From an uncultured Gammaproteobacteria bacterium (GTDB lineage Bacteria; Pseudomonadota; Gammaproteobacteria; UBA9214): a stretch of 64,000 nucleotides of DNA. Numbering within the stretch: the first letter of the stretch is position 1; each line of letters opens with the position of its first letter. Of the stretch, positions 28,719 through 40,726 are shown one piece after another. The notes below the pieces were generated by a model, which ran no database searches, was not told where the DNA came from, and saw only the letters and a program-made list of their open reading frames with translations. The stretch covers positions 309,919-373,918 of the forward strand of contig CALOCX010000017.1 of NCBI GenBank assembly GCA_942491995.1. The letters are read 5' to 3'. The translations under genes were made by a program, and so were the position numbers.

Positions 28719-29255
28719 TTAGTGGTTCAGCGCCGCGCCCAGCCGCTGCAGTTTGCCGCGCACGGAACCGTCGATAACCAGATCACCGGCACGAATAATG
28801 GCACCACCCAGCAACCCCGGATCAGTAGAACAGCTCAGTTCGACCTCGCGTCCGAGGCGCTTGCGCAGACTGGCGATTATCTCGGCCTGCTGGGATTCGC
28901 TGGCAGGATAGGCCGTCACCATCTGCGCCTGCACAATTCCCTCGGCATCGCGGCGCTGGATCTCGTACAACGCGGCGATTTCAGGCAATAACTTGAGGCG
29001 TCCGTTGGCCGCCAGTACACGGATAAAATTGGCACCTTGCTCGTTGATGTGATCGCCGGCCACCTCGATAATCAGGTCAGCCAGCTGGGATTCCGTCAGG
29101 TGTGGGCTGTCAATCACCTCGGACATCGTGGCATCTGCAGTGATCGCAGCCAGCAAGGAGAGCATCTCCGACCAGTCTTTCAACGTTTGATGCGCGTTGG
29201 CAAACAGGAACGCTGCCTGCGCATAGGGACGTGCCACGGTAATTGCTTCGGCCAT
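28719..29255 (-). CDS. atpH: ATP synthase delta subunit
   Basis: [29 protein letters not shown]. Confidence 0.97.
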   Translation of the reverse strand: MAEAITVARPYAQAAFLFANAHQTLKDWSEMLSLLAAITADATMSEVIDSPHLTESQLADLIIEVAGDHINEQGANFIRVLAANGRLKLLPEIAALYEIQRRDAEGIVQAQMVTAYPASESQQAEIIASLRKRLGREVELSCSTDPGLLGGAIIRAGDLVIDGSVRGKLQRLGAALNH

Positions 29256-29265
29256 GTGTGCTTAC

Positions 29266-29736
29266 CTAGATCTCGGCCGCCAGCTTGTTCAACAGCTCGG
29301 CATGGGTCGCTTCGTCCACTTCACGCTCCAGCACCTTGCCGGCGCCGGCCATCGCAATGGACACGACCTGTCCACGCAGGCCCTCCTTGACGCGGTTGAC
29401 CTCCTGCTCGATTTCCGCCCGGGCAGCCGTCAGCAGGCGCTGACCTTCCACCCTGGCATCATCCTTGGCCTCGTCAACGATCTCCGCAGCGCGTTTGTCA
29501 GCACGGGTGATGATCTCGCCCGCCTGTTCCTTGGCCTCACGTAGCAGCTCCTTGGCTCGTTCCTCGGCCAGTGCCTGCTCGCGCTTGCCATGTTCGCCTG
29601 CCGCCAGACCATCGGCTATCTTTTTCTTGCGCTCTTCCAGAGCATGCATGATCGGTGGCCATACATATTTCATGCAGAACACGACGAACAGGAAAAAGGC
29701 TATTGCCTGGCCAATCAGGGTGGCATTGATATTCAT
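29266..29736 (-). CDS. atpF: F0 subunit b
   Basis: [16 protein letters not shown]. Confidence 0.97.
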   Translation of the reverse strand: MNINATLIGQAIAFFLFVVFCMKYVWPPIMHALEERKKKIADGLAAGEHGKREQALAEERAKELLREAKEQAGEIITRADKRAAEIVDEAKDDARVEGQRLLTAARAEIEQEVNRVKEGLRGQVVSIAMAGAGKVLEREVDEATHAELLNKLAAEI

Positions 29737-29772
29737 GTCAGAACCTCTGCGTCTCGATCAGCTGCGTGTATA

Positions 29773-30024
<252 letters not shown>

Positions 30025-30055
30025 CTAAAAAATAACGAGCTGTTTAAATAAAAAT

Positions 30056-31272
<1,217 letters not shown>

Positions 31273-31463
31273 AATCAGTCAATAATTCAGTAAGTTACGT
31301 GCAATCCATCTATCAACAGCGACGCCTTGTCCCACTATTGAACTGACAAGGAACAGCCAGCAGGGAGCCGGGGATTATAAAGAGCGCCAGTAGCAGGGGT
31401 CAATAAAAGTCGCTTAAAAAATGGCCGCCCGCCTTCGCAGCGCAGGCGCCGCACGATGCACGC

Positions 31464-31625
31464 TTAATACGTGCCCATGGGCACCACTTCTGTTTTTTCT
31501 TCTTCCACCTCATAGGGGACACCGGCAGTCTTCTTGATTGTCACCTTGGTGCCATCATCCTTGATATAGCTGTCAGTAGTGCAGGCACTCGCCGCCAGAC
31601 ACAAAACCAGTAATAATGTTTTCAT
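31464..31625 (-). CDS. Small putative lipoprotein (53 aa)
   Basis: MKTLLLVLCLAASAC lipobox-type signal. Confidence 0.6.
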   Translation of the reverse strand: MKTLLLVLCLAASACTTDSYIKDDGTKVTIKKTAGVPYEVEEEKTEVVPMGTY

Positions 31626-31711
31626 CGTCATCCTCGCTGTCAGTCGTCTCCCGCTGGAAGACCGCATTATGGTGCTTGCTGCCGGCTGGTGTAAACCGGC
31701 ATCCTGCCTCA

Positions 31712-33283
31712 TCAAATCTGTGATTCAATGGGCATCAGCCGCATGAATCCAATGCCAAAACGCCGCCAGAAACTGGTGTGGGGATCGCTGCTGAATGTTG
31801 TCGTCTTGCCATCCACCAGGCCATGCCAGCGCAGTTGCTCAACCCCCTGCCCATCGTCTTCCAGTGTCAGGCGAAACCCGACCTCATCGATGTGCTCGTC
31901 AAAATTGCTCGCCATGCGGTCCGCTATTTCAGGTGATTCAATAACCACGCCGATCTCGGTATTCTGCACCACGGAGCGCGCATCCAGGTTCAGCGAACCT
32001 ATAAAGATGGTCTCGCGGTCGACCACAAATGATTTTGCGTGCAGGCTGGACTTGGCACGACCGATTTTACCCTTTGACCAGTCGCGGCGATCCTCCTTGC
32101 TGGTAACCTTGTTTAACTCATAGAGTTCCACGCCCGCACGCAGCAAGTCCCTGCGATAACGGGAATACCCCGCGTGCACAATGCCGACATCCGTAGAGGC
32201 CAGCGAGTTGGTCAGGATACGCACCCGTACACCGCGTTCGCGCAGCTCTTTGAGAAATTCCACCCCGGACTTGCCCGGGACAAAATAGGGCGACAGGATG
32301 ATCACCTCCTGCTGTGCAGCGGCCATGTACGGTTTAACCTCGGTCCACATCCGGTAGTCGCTGTCAGCGGTGCTTTCACTGAGTTTCTCGGGCGGGTCCG
32401 CATACACCTTGCCGTCAGCCCATAAAAACTCAACGCTATTATTTCTCAAGCTGTTCGACAGGTCCGAGTCAGCCAGGCGCTGCAGGTAGACGGAATCCCT
32501 CTCCCCAGCAGTAAAATCCGCCATGCGCTGCTGTCCCTGCTGCAGGTCCGCATCGGTGAGCGGTGTATCCAGCAACGTGGCAATCGGGTAACTCAGAGGA
32601 CTGTTCCAGTATTCATCGAACGAGCGTGATACCTCATCAGCAACCGGCCCGATAGCCAGCACATCCAGGTCGGCAAACGCCAGGTCAGGATCGGCACTGA
32701 AATATTCATCACCGATGTTACGTCCACCGAGAATGGTGGCCTGGCTATCAACAGTAAATGACTTGTTGTGTGCCCGCCGCGTCTGCTTGCCAAAGCCGGT
32801 GACATACTGCAGGGTGCGGCCGGTGTTGCGTCCGAAGGGGTTGAAGAGTCGAATGTCGATATTCGGATGTCTGTCAAATAGCGCGATATTGATATCGCGC
32901 CCGCCTTCATCAATATCGTCAAGCAACAACCGTACCCGCACACCGCGATCGGCGGCCTTCAGCAACTGGTAGGCCAGCAGATTGCCGACTTCGTCACCAT
33001 GCCACATGTAATACTGGGTATCGATACTGCGCTCTGCCAGCTGTGCCAGCACGGCGCGTGCCACAAAGGCATCCAGACCGTCGGGCAGCAGCAGATAACC
33101 GGACTGCCCTTCGGCATGCGCGGGCAGTCTTTTCTCAACCAGTTTGCCAAGCGGCGTGTCATCCGTGTCGGTATAGTGCAGGGATTGAGTACGGTCACTG
33201 TTATCCGGCAGCGAGGCACAGCCGCCAAGCGCAAGCAGACCCAGCAATACAAGGGCGCGAGAAAAGGGATTGGTTGCGAACAT
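31712..33283 (-). CDS. Phospholipase D family lipoprotein (ClsC/YmdC-like)
   Basis: Two HKD motifs (HNKSFTVD, HAKSFVVD), GGRNIGDEY, GSLNLDARS; lipobox LGGC. Confidence 0.9.
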   Translation of the reverse strand: MFATNPFSRALVLLGLLALGGCASLPDNSDRTQSLHYTDTDDTPLGKLVEKRLPAHAEGQSGYLLLPDGLDAFVARAVLAQLAERSIDTQYYMWHGDEVGNLLAYQLLKAADRGVRVRLLLDDIDEGGRDINIALFDRHPNIDIRLFNPFGRNTGRTLQYVTGFGKQTRRAHNKSFTVDSQATILGGRNIGDEYFSADPDLAFADLDVLAIGPVADEVSRSFDEYWNSPLSYPIATLLDTPLTDADLQQGQQRMADFTAGERDSVYLQRLADSDLSNSLRNNSVEFLWADGKVYADPPEKLSESTADSDYRMWTEVKPYMAAAQQEVIILSPYFVPGKSGVEFLKELRERGVRVRILTNSLASTDVGIVHAGYSRYRRDLLRAGVELYELNKVTSKEDRRDWSKGKIGRAKSSLHAKSFVVDRETIFIGSLNLDARSVVQNTEIGVVIESPEIADRMASNFDEHIDEVGFRLTLEDDGQGVEQLRWHGLVDGKTTTFSSDPHTSFWRRFGIGFMRLMPIESQI

Positions 33284-33350
33284 GATCTTTGTCCTTGAAA
33301 ACTGACTGACGTTGAAAGCCGGCAGTATATAGCGATTGCTGTTGTAAAAT

Positions 33351-33389
33351 AAAAAAACAGGCCGGGCACTAATGATGGTGCCCGGCCTG
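33351..33389 (-). terminator. Rho-independent terminator after the sulfatase
   Basis: 12-bp stem CAGGCCGGGCAC/GTGCCCGGCCTG with a T7 tail on the - strand. Confidence 0.85.
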
Positions 33390-33414
33390 CTTTGTCGATG
33401 CCGATTATTCTTGA

Positions 33415-34968
33415 CTAGCTGCCCGGCGGCGCCAATTTTTCCATTACCTGGTCAAGGCTGAAACTGGCCGCCTTCTGACGTGGCGGAAATTCCTGGAAGG
33501 TCTCCAGGAAATCGGCCACATAGGCCTGCGCAGGCATCAACAGGTAGACGCGGTCCAGGAACCAGTCATCATAGGTATTTGAGGTGACCATGCCACGCTC
33601 ATAGGGGTCACGGCGCAGATTCACCAGCAGCGGGACACGCAGCGGCACAAACGGTTCACGCCATGCCTGGAAGGTAGCTTCGGCACGTTGCTCCATGAAG
33701 ATCGCTTTCCAGTCCTTGTAACGCAACGCGGTCAGGTCACCATCGTCGGAGAAGTAAAAGATCTCATCACGCGGGCCCTTGTCTTCCTTGCCGGTCAAAT
33801 AGGGCAGAAAATTATATCCATCGAGGTGCACCTTGTAATCGCGCCCAATGGCGCTGTAACCGGTGAGCAGTTTTTCCGTCACATTCGGCTCACCCGCTAT
33901 CGCCAGGAAGGTTGGTAACCAGTCCATGTGGTGCATGATCTCGTTGGACCAGACACCGGCCTTGATGTGACCGGGCCAGCGCACCGCGGCCGGCACGCGC
34001 CAGCCACCTTCCCAGTTGGTGTTCTTCTCGCCGCGGAACGGGGTCATGGCGGCATCCGGCCAGGTATTCATGTGCGGGCCGTTGTCGGTGGAATAAAACA
34101 CGATGGTGTTATCGGCAATGCCCAGTTCATCGAGCTTGTCGAGGAACTTGCCGATGTGCATGTCGTGCTCGACCATGCCGTCGGAATATTCATCCTGGCC
34201 GGAGATGCCACGCAATTCTTTCTTTACGTGGGTACGGAAATGCATGCGAGTACCGCTCCACCACACAAACCACGGCTTGCCCGCCTTGTGCTGTTCCTCG
34301 ATGAACTTGAGGGCATGATCGGAGGTATCGTCATCCACGGTCTCCATGCGCTTTTTGGTCAGCGGCCCGGTGTCCTCGATCTTCTGGGTACCGTCCGGCA
34401 GTGCCCAGGAGTGGATCACACCGCGCGGACCAAAGCGTTTGCGGAATGCAGCGTCTTGCGGGTAGTCCTCGTTCTCCGGCTCTTCCTCGGCATTCAGGTG
34501 ATAGAGGTTGCCGTAGAATTCATCGAAGCCGTGATTGGTAGGCAGGTGCCTGTCCTTGTCGCCCAGGTGGTTCTTGCCAAACTGGCCGGTGGCATAGCCT
34601 TGCTGCTTGAGCAGTCCCGCGATGGTCGGCTCTTCCTCGCGCATACCCAGCTCGACACCGGGCAGACCCACCTTGGAGAGGCCGGTACGAAACACGCTCT
34701 GCCCCATGATGAAGGAGGAACGGCCCGCCGTGCAGCTCTGTTCACCGTAATAATCGGTAAAGGTGATGCCTTCACGGGCGATGCGATCGATGTTGGGTGT
34801 CTCGTAACCCATCAGGCCGTGAGTGTAGGCCGATATATTCGACTGGCCGATATCATCGCCCCAGACAACAAGAATGTTGGGTTTATCCTTGGCTGCCTGT
34901 GCAGCAGAGGCGGCAAGCGCCAGTACCAGCCCGCAACAGACGCGGGTAAATTGACTCATTTTCTGCAT
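33415..34968 (-). CDS. Exported arylsulfatase (S1, formylglycine-dependent)
   Basis: KPNILVVWGDD, SCTAGR, GKNHLG, YSTDNG, GEKNTNWEGG; signal peptide. Confidence 0.93.
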   Translation of the reverse strand: MQKMSQFTRVCCGLVLALAASAAQAAKDKPNILVVWGDDIGQSNISAYTHGLMGYETPNIDRIAREGITFTDYYGEQSCTAGRSSFIMGQSVFRTGLSKVGLPGVELGMREEEPTIAGLLKQQGYATGQFGKNHLGDKDRHLPTNHGFDEFYGNLYHLNAEEEPENEDYPQDAAFRKRFGPRGVIHSWALPDGTQKIEDTGPLTKKRMETVDDDTSDHALKFIEEQHKAGKPWFVWWSGTRMHFRTHVKKELRGISGQDEYSDGMVEHDMHIGKFLDKLDELGIADNTIVFYSTDNGPHMNTWPDAAMTPFRGEKNTNWEGGWRVPAAVRWPGHIKAGVWSNEIMHHMDWLPTFLAIAGEPNVTEKLLTGYSAIGRDYKVHLDGYNFLPYLTGKEDKGPRDEIFYFSDDGDLTALRYKDWKAIFMEQRAEATFQAWREPFVPLRVPLLVNLRRDPYERGMVTSNTYDDWFLDRVYLLMPAQAYVADFLETFQEFPPRQKAASFSLDQVMEKLAPPGS

Positions 34969-35002
34969 GGGTAATTCCTCCTCGGATTAGTATTATTGGT
35001 TT

Positions 35003-35248
35003 TTACTTCATCAAGGCATCGATTGCCTTGTCGGTATCGACGGACCCGGCGGCCTCTGGCTTGTCGACCGCGTCGTAACCCTTTTTCACGTCCTGCTCCT
35101 TGACTGCCTCGGTGGCCTGTTGCTTGTCCACCGACTCCATGGCCTTTTGGGTATCAACAGACTCACCCAGTTTCTGATAGTCGACAGCATGGGCTATCCC
35201 TGATACACACAACAAGGCAAGGCTGGATACAACGATAAAGTGGCGCAT
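35003..35248 (-). CDS. Small secreted protein with internal (E/D/G)SVDxxKA-like repeats
   Basis: Signal peptide ending AHA; repeats ESVDTQKA, ESVDKQQA, DAVDKPEA, GSVDTDKA. Confidence 0.7.
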   Translation of the reverse strand: MRHFIVVSSLALLCVSGIAHAVDYQKLGESVDTQKAMESVDKQQATEAVKEQDVKKGYDAVDKPEAAGSVDTDKAIDALMK

Positions 35249-35500
35249 GATTGAGACTCCTTTGTTATTCGACACTCAACTCCCGAAACCGGATCACTCC
35301 GGTCCACGTGTATGCTTTTACATTTCTCACCGCCGGCCGTCAATGGGGCCTCACGGGACAGGTTAGCATTGAGCCTGTCGTGGTCACTCGTGATAAAGGG
35401 GGGGAAATAATAACCCGGGACGGCTGCGAGACGGTGAATGAGAGTGATGTTCCCTGCCCTGCTACCCGTGTTGGCAGTCTCGCTCGAGGCAAACGGTCAG

Positions 35501-36439
35501 TTAGCGAAGATGCGCCAGCACGCCGTCCAGTTCGTCAAGGCTGTTATAGCTGATTTCCAGTTTGCCCTTGCCACCACGGCCCTGGCGTATCGCCACCCGG
35601 GCACCGAGCTTGTCAGACAGATCGGTTTCAAGGCGCTGGATATTGACATCTTTCCTGGCCTTCTCCGGCTTCGCGGGCGCCGGGCGCTGCAGCGACTTCA
35701 CCAGCCCTTCGGTGGCACGCACCGTCAGCCCGCGGTTGATGACCTGGCGTGCGGCTTCAATCTGTTTATTACCACTGAGCGCCAGCAGTGCACGCGCGTG
35801 GCCCATCTCCAGTTCGCCATGCTCCACCAGCTGCTTGACGGCATCCTCCAGATCCAGCAGGCGCAACAGGTTGGAGACGGCCGCACGCGATCGACCGACG
35901 GCCTCCGCCGCCTGTTCATGCGTCAGCTCGAACTCCTTGATCAGGCGTTCCAGCGCACGCGCCTCTTCCAGCGGATTCAGGTCCTCGCGCTGGATGTTTT
36001 CAATCAAGGCAATAGCAATCGCGGCTCGGTCCTCAACTTCCCGCACCACCGCCGGGATCTCGTGCAAGCCGGCCAGCTGAGCGGCGCGCCAGCGACGTTC
36101 ACCGGCGATGATTTCGTAACGGCCTTCGGCAATTGCACGTACCACGATGGGCTGCACCACACCCTGCGCAGCGATGGAATCAGCAAGGTCCTGCAGTGAT
36201 TCCTGGTGCATATCCATACGCGGCTGGTATTTGCCACGCTGAATCACATCCACCGGCAGCATGCACAGTGCGCCGTCCGCCAACCCCGGCTGCACCGTTG
36301 CTGGTGACTCCGGCGTCGGCACCGATCTGAGCTCCGGCACGGCAGCCACTGCCGAATTGTCCGCTGCAGGCACGGTCCGTGCGGCCGAACCCAGCAATGC
36401 ATCCAGTCCACGACCCAATCCACGTTTCTTTGCTGCCAT
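35501..36439 (-). CDS. parB: Chromosome partitioning protein ParB
   Basis: KRGLGRGLDALL, YQPR, GVVQPI, IIAGERRWRAA, ENIQREDLN. Confidence 0.97.
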   Translation of the reverse strand: MAAKKRGLGRGLDALLGSAARTVPAADNSAVAAVPELRSVPTPESPATVQPGLADGALCMLPVDVIQRGKYQPRMDMHQESLQDLADSIAAQGVVQPIVVRAIAEGRYEIIAGERRWRAAQLAGLHEIPAVVREVEDRAAIAIALIENIQREDLNPLEEARALERLIKEFELTHEQAAEAVGRSRAAVSNLLRLLDLEDAVKQLVEHGELEMGHARALLALSGNKQIEAARQVINRGLTVRATEGLVKSLQRPAPAKPEKARKDVNIQRLETDLSDKLGARVAIRQGRGGKGKLEISYNSLDELDGVLAHLR

Positions 36440-36470
36440 GTCAGTTACCGTTTTTGCCTGTGACTATATT

Positions 36471-37310
36471 TTAAAGATGTGAGCGTTGTGGCGCCGGTTG
36501 CTCCGTCCGGTCCACGTCCGCTTCGCTGGCTTCAGCAGGCACCGCCGGCGCATGCCGCCGCAGGTACTCACCGGCCAGTGCGAGGTAAGAAATAGAGCCA
36601 CGTGAACTCTTGTCATAGCGCAATACCGGCAGTCCATGACTGGGTGCCTCGGCCAGGCGCACGTTGCGCGGGATAATGGTGCGGTAGAGCTTTTCACCAA
36701 AATGCTCCTGCAGCTGTGCCGACACGTCATTCGAGAGGTTGTTGCGCGCATCGTACATGGTGCGCAGCAGACCCTCGATATCCAGCTCCGGATTGATGCT
36801 GGCGCGCACTTGCTCGATGGTGTCCAGCAAGGCGGACAGGCCTTCCAGCGCATAATACTCACACTGTATGGGAATCAGAACACTGTGTGCGGCGGCCAGT
36901 GCATTCACCGTGAGCATGCTCAGGGATGGCGGGCAATCGATCACGATCAGGTCATAGTCATTCTGTACATAACTCAAGGCTGATCGCAGTCGGCGTTCGC
37001 GATCGCCCTTCTCCAGCAGCTCGACTTCCGCCGCTGTCAGGTCACTGTTGCCCGGTAACAGGTCATAGCCGGCAGCCTCGGCATAAATAATCACATCGCG
37101 AATATTGGCGTGTCCCATCAGCAGGTCATAGCCGGTCCGTTCCACATCGTGCTTGTCGATACCACTGCCCATGGTGGCATTACCCTGGGCATCAAGGTCA
37201 ATCAGCAAGACCTTGCGGCCGGTTTCGGTCAGTGATGCCGCCAGGTTGACACTGGTCGTGGTCTTGCCAACGCCACCCTTCTGGTTGGTCACTGCGAGTA
37301 TATGTCCCAT
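36471..37310 (-). CDS. parA: Chromosome partitioning ATPase ParA/Soj
   Basis: NQKGGVGKTT, DLDAQGNAT, IDCPP, IPRNVRLAEAPS. Confidence 0.97.
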   Translation of the reverse strand: MGHILAVTNQKGGVGKTTTSVNLAASLTETGRKVLLIDLDAQGNATMGSGIDKHDVERTGYDLLMGHANIRDVIIYAEAAGYDLLPGNSDLTAAEVELLEKGDRERRLRSALSYVQNDYDLIVIDCPPSLSMLTVNALAAAHSVLIPIQCEYYALEGLSALLDTIEQVRASINPELDIEGLLRTMYDARNNLSNDVSAQLQEHFGEKLYRTIIPRNVRLAEAPSHGLPVLRYDKSSRGSISYLALAGEYLRRHAPAVPAEASEADVDRTEQPAPQRSHL

Positions 37311-37312
37311 GA

Positions 37313-38005
37313 TCAGCTACCCTGTGAACTCTCTGCCGCGTGCATAATGACCAGGTGCCGCTCGGCATCCAGTCCCGGTACTTTCAGTGACACCACATCA
37401 TCGATCACCGACTTGTCATCAAGGCATTCCACCTCGGTCATCGGGTACACGCCCTTCATGGCCAGCATCCGGCCACCTTCGTTGCAGAGCCGCGCGGCAT
37501 AACGGTAAAAATCCGGCAAATCAGAAAAGGCGCGGCAGATAACGGTATCAAACAACGCCTCGGGCTCGAATTCCTCAACCCGGCTGTCTTCCAGCGTGAC
37601 ATTGTCAAGGTTCAGGATACCGAGGGTCTGCTGCACAAAGCGCAGTTTTTTACTGCTGCTGTCGAGCAATACGAAGTCGCGCTCCGGACAGGCGATGGCC
37701 AGTGGGATACCGGGTAATCCGGCACCGGTACCGATGTCGAGTATGCGCTCGCCGTGCAGGTACGGAAGAATGGTGAGGCTATCGAGAATATGGCGGGTTA
37801 CAATGTCGGTGGGCTTGCGAACCGATGTCAGGTTGTAGACACGGTTCCAGTTCATCAGCTCGGTGACATACTCCATCAGCAGTTCATCACCGCCAAGACG
37901 CTCCTCCAGTTCAAGCTCATAGATGCCGTCTTCCAGCAACTCGGTCGGGTCAACAAAGTTGTTACTGCGACCCTTGCGATTACGGTTATAGAGTCCGGTA
38001 TGCAT
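37313..38005 (-). CDS. rsmG: 16S rRNA m7G527 methyltransferase (GidB)
   Basis: WNRVYNLT, RHILDSL, DIGTGAGLPGIPL. Confidence 0.95.
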   Translation of the reverse strand: MHTGLYNRNRKGRSNNFVDPTELLEDGIYELELEERLGGDELLMEYVTELMNWNRVYNLTSVRKPTDIVTRHILDSLTILPYLHGERILDIGTGAGLPGIPLAIACPERDFVLLDSSSKKLRFVQQTLGILNLDNVTLEDSRVEEFEPEALFDTVICRAFSDLPDFYRYAARLCNEGGRMLAMKGVYPMTEVECLDDKSVIDDVVSLKVPGLDAERHLVIMHAAESSQGS

Positions 38006-38031
38006 GACTTGTCATATAGTAGGTACCCGCA

Positions 38032-39924
38032 TCAGGCACTCTTGCGTGCCGTCTTGAACTTTTTTATGTGTACCAGCAACAACGACACGGCTGCCGGTGT
38101 AATTCCCGGTATGCGTGCGGCCTGACCAATCGTTTCCGGCCTGACGACTTGCAGCTTTTCACACGCTTCATTGGAAAGTCCCCGCACCATAGTGTAATCG
38201 AAATCCACTGGCAATGGTTGATCCTGTTGTCGTTGCTGGCGAACAATCTCCGCGTGCTGTCGATCGAGGTAGCCGGCGTACTTGGCCTGGATCTCGACCT
38301 GCTCGGCCACGTCTGCAGCATCCACCCCGGGGCCAATACCCTCAATGGCTGTCAGTGAGCGGTAATCCAGTTCCGGCCGACGCAATAACTCGCTGGCACG
38401 CAACTCGCGCTGCAGTGGCTTCTCCAGTACCTGCGACAGCGCCTCGGCCTGTGCCGACTTCGGCTGCACACACAGGGACTGCAAGCGCTGCTGCTCCCGC
38501 TCGATGGCCTCGCGCCGCTCGCAAAAGCGCCGCCAGCGTGGCTCATCAATCAGGCCCAGCTCGCGGCCGGTGGCTGTCAGGCGCAGATCGGCATTATCCT
38601 GGCGCAACAGCAAGCGGTATTCCGCGCGACTGGTGAACATGCGATAGGGTTCGCTGGTGCCACAGGTCACCAGGTCATCGACCAGCACACCGAGATAGGC
38701 CTCGTCACGGCGCGGCAGCCACGGTGGCTGACCCTTTGACTGGCGTGCAGCATTCAGTCCGGCCAGCAGGCCCTGTGCGGCAGCCTCCTCGTAACCGGTG
38801 GTACCGTTAATCTGCCCGGCAAAATACAGCCCCCTGATGACCTTGGTTTCCAGCGAGTGACGCAAATCACGCGGGTCGAAAAAATCATATTCGATGGCAT
38901 AACCGGGCCGTGTGATGTGTGCGTTTTCAAAACCGGCGATGGAATGCACCAGCGCTTGCTGTACGCCATAGGACAGGCTGGTGGAGATGCCGTTCGGATA
39001 CACCTCATGGGTATCCAGACCCTCGGGCTCGACAAATATCTGGTGCGAGGACTTGTCGGCAAAACGCACCACCTTGTCTTCAATCGATGGACAGTAGCGC
39101 GGCCCGGTGCCTGCAATCGCGCCACTGTACAAAGGCGAGTCGTGCAGGCCATTGGCAATAATCTCGTGGGTGCGTGCGTTGGTGCGGGTGATATGGCAAT
39201 CCACCTGGCGCGGATGATCGGCGACACTGCCCAGAAACGACATGACCGGTAGCGGCTGGTCGCCCGGCTGCGCCTGCAGCTGGCTGTAATCGATACTGCG
39301 CCCGTCCAGCCGCGGCGGTGTACCGGTCTTCAGGCGTTCAACACGCAACGGCAACTCGCGCAGACGCGCTGCCAGTGCATTGGCAGGCGGATCACCGGCA
39401 CGCCCCCCGGCATAGTTGCTCGACCCGACGTGTATGCGGCCGCCCAGAAAGGTGCCCACGGTCAACACTACCGTCGATGCATGAAACCTCAGACCCATGC
39501 CCGTGACCACACCCGACACCTGTTCACCGTTAACCATCAGGTCGGCGACTTCCTGCTGAAACAATTGCAGGCCAGGCTGGTTTTCCAGCACGCGCCGCAC
39601 CGCCCGTCGGTAGAGCACGCGGTCGGCCTGGGCACGCGTTGCTCGGACGGCCGGGCCCTTGCTGGCATTCAAAACCCGCAACTGAATGGCGGCCTGGTCC
39701 GCGGCCCGTGCCATGAGGCCGCCAAGGGCATCGATTTCCTTCACCAGGTGGCTTTTACCTATGCCCCCGATCGCCGGGTTGCAGCTCATTTGCCCCAGCG
39801 TTTCCAGGTTGTGCGTCAACAGCAGTGTGCGCGCCCCTGCCCTCGCCGCAGCCAGTGCGGCCTCGGTACCGGCATGGCCGCCACCGACGACGATGACATC
39901 AAATTCTCTAGCGTTGTCCGACAT
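38032..39924 (-). CDS. mnmG: tRNA uridine 5-carboxymethylaminomethyl modification enzyme (GidA)
   Basis: [48 protein letters not shown]. Confidence 0.98.
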   Translation of the reverse strand: MSDNAREFDVIVVGGGHAGTEAALAAARAGARTLLLTHNLETLGQMSCNPAIGGIGKSHLVKEIDALGGLMARAADQAAIQLRVLNASKGPAVRATRAQADRVLYRRAVRRVLENQPGLQLFQQEVADLMVNGEQVSGVVTGMGLRFHASTVVLTVGTFLGGRIHVGSSNYAGGRAGDPPANALAARLRELPLRVERLKTGTPPRLDGRSIDYSQLQAQPGDQPLPVMSFLGSVADHPRQVDCHITRTNARTHEIIANGLHDSPLYSGAIAGTGPRYCPSIEDKVVRFADKSSHQIFVEPEGLDTHEVYPNGISTSLSYGVQQALVHSIAGFENAHITRPGYAIEYDFFDPRDLRHSLETKVIRGLYFAGQINGTTGYEEAAAQGLLAGLNAARQSKGQPPWLPRRDEAYLGVLVDDLVTCGTSEPYRMFTSRAEYRLLLRQDNADLRLTATGRELGLIDEPRWRRFCERREAIEREQQRLQSLCVQPKSAQAEALSQVLEKPLQRELRASELLRRPELDYRSLTAIEGIGPGVDAADVAEQVEIQAKYAGYLDRQHAEIVRQQRQQDQPLPVDFDYTMVRGLSNEACEKLQVVRPETIGQAARIPGITPAAVSLLLVHIKKFKTARKSA

Positions 39925-40078
39925 CCTGCTTCACCCGATAAAAATTACGCAAATTTTACGCTGCAGCCCAAATAGGGGGCAATGACCACCCAAATACCTG
40001 AATTATCTGCTGTTCATACCTATGCATTAGAACATATTGTGTTAGAATCCGCCGATACACACAATATAAGGTATCTGT

Positions 40079-40690
40079 ATGAGACTTCTTGAGTTTGGTC
40101 TTGATGATGGTGGTGCCAATCCTGTCCCGAGCAGGCAGCAATCACGACCGGAAGCCGCAAAACCCTTCAAGGTACCCACAACCGCCAAGGCGCCCTCCCC
40201 GGCCACTGACAAGCCAGCCCGGAACAGCAGCATGCCTGCCAAAAAGGCCACGGTCTACCCGCTGAAATCGGCGCAGACACCGTCAACACCGCGCAAACCG
40301 ATCGACCTGGAGCAGTTGCAGAATCGCATTGAAGTGCTTGAGCAGCGCATCAAGGCACGCACCGAGGCACTCGGTGATGAAGTAGCTGCCAGGGACCTCG
40401 AAAAACTGAAACAGCGCATGAAACTGCTGGAACATAACATCAACAATGAACTGTGGGCCGCGAAACAACGTGAATACAACATGTTGCAGATGATGGCGAA
40501 ACCCACCTTGAAAACCGCCCTCAGGCAAGGCTATGCGAAATTAAAATCAAAAACGGCACCCGCGATGCTGGCGGCACTCCGTGAATCGTACCGGCATTGG
40601 TGGCTGAACAGCCAGCCCGGCTGGTGGCAAGCCTTTATGACGGCCTGGCATGAATCACTCGACAAGGCACGCGGCCAGAACCACCATTAA
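40079..40690 (+). CDS. Hypothetical protein with coiled coil and Trp-rich amphipathic C-terminus
   Basis: 203 aa ORF; Pro-rich low-complexity N-terminal region, heptad region LEQLQNRIEVLEQRI, WWLNSQPGWWQAF. Confidence 0.55.
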   Translation: MRLLEFGLDDGGANPVPSRQQSRPEAAKPFKVPTTAKAPSPATDKPARNSSMPAKKATVYPLKSAQTPSTPRKPIDLEQLQNRIEVLEQRIKARTEALGDEVAARDLEKLKQRMKLLEHNINNELWAAKQREYNMLQMMAKPTLKTALRQGYAKLKSKTAPAMLAALRESYRHWWLNSQPGWWQAFMTAWHESLDKARGQNHH

Positions 40691-40726
40691 AACTGCGCAC
40701 CTGCCTGGATGATCGCGACAGTCACC

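Noticed and set aside
33928-34974. 348-aa ORF antisense to the sulfatase
   Set aside because: Antisense shadow with no domain signature.
35300-35315. parS-like CGGTCCACGTGTATGC downstream of parB
   Set aside because: Only the CCACGTG core matches; the flanks break the palindrome.
39925-40078. E. coli-type oriC upstream of mnmG
   Set aside because: No DnaA-box or GATC cluster seen.
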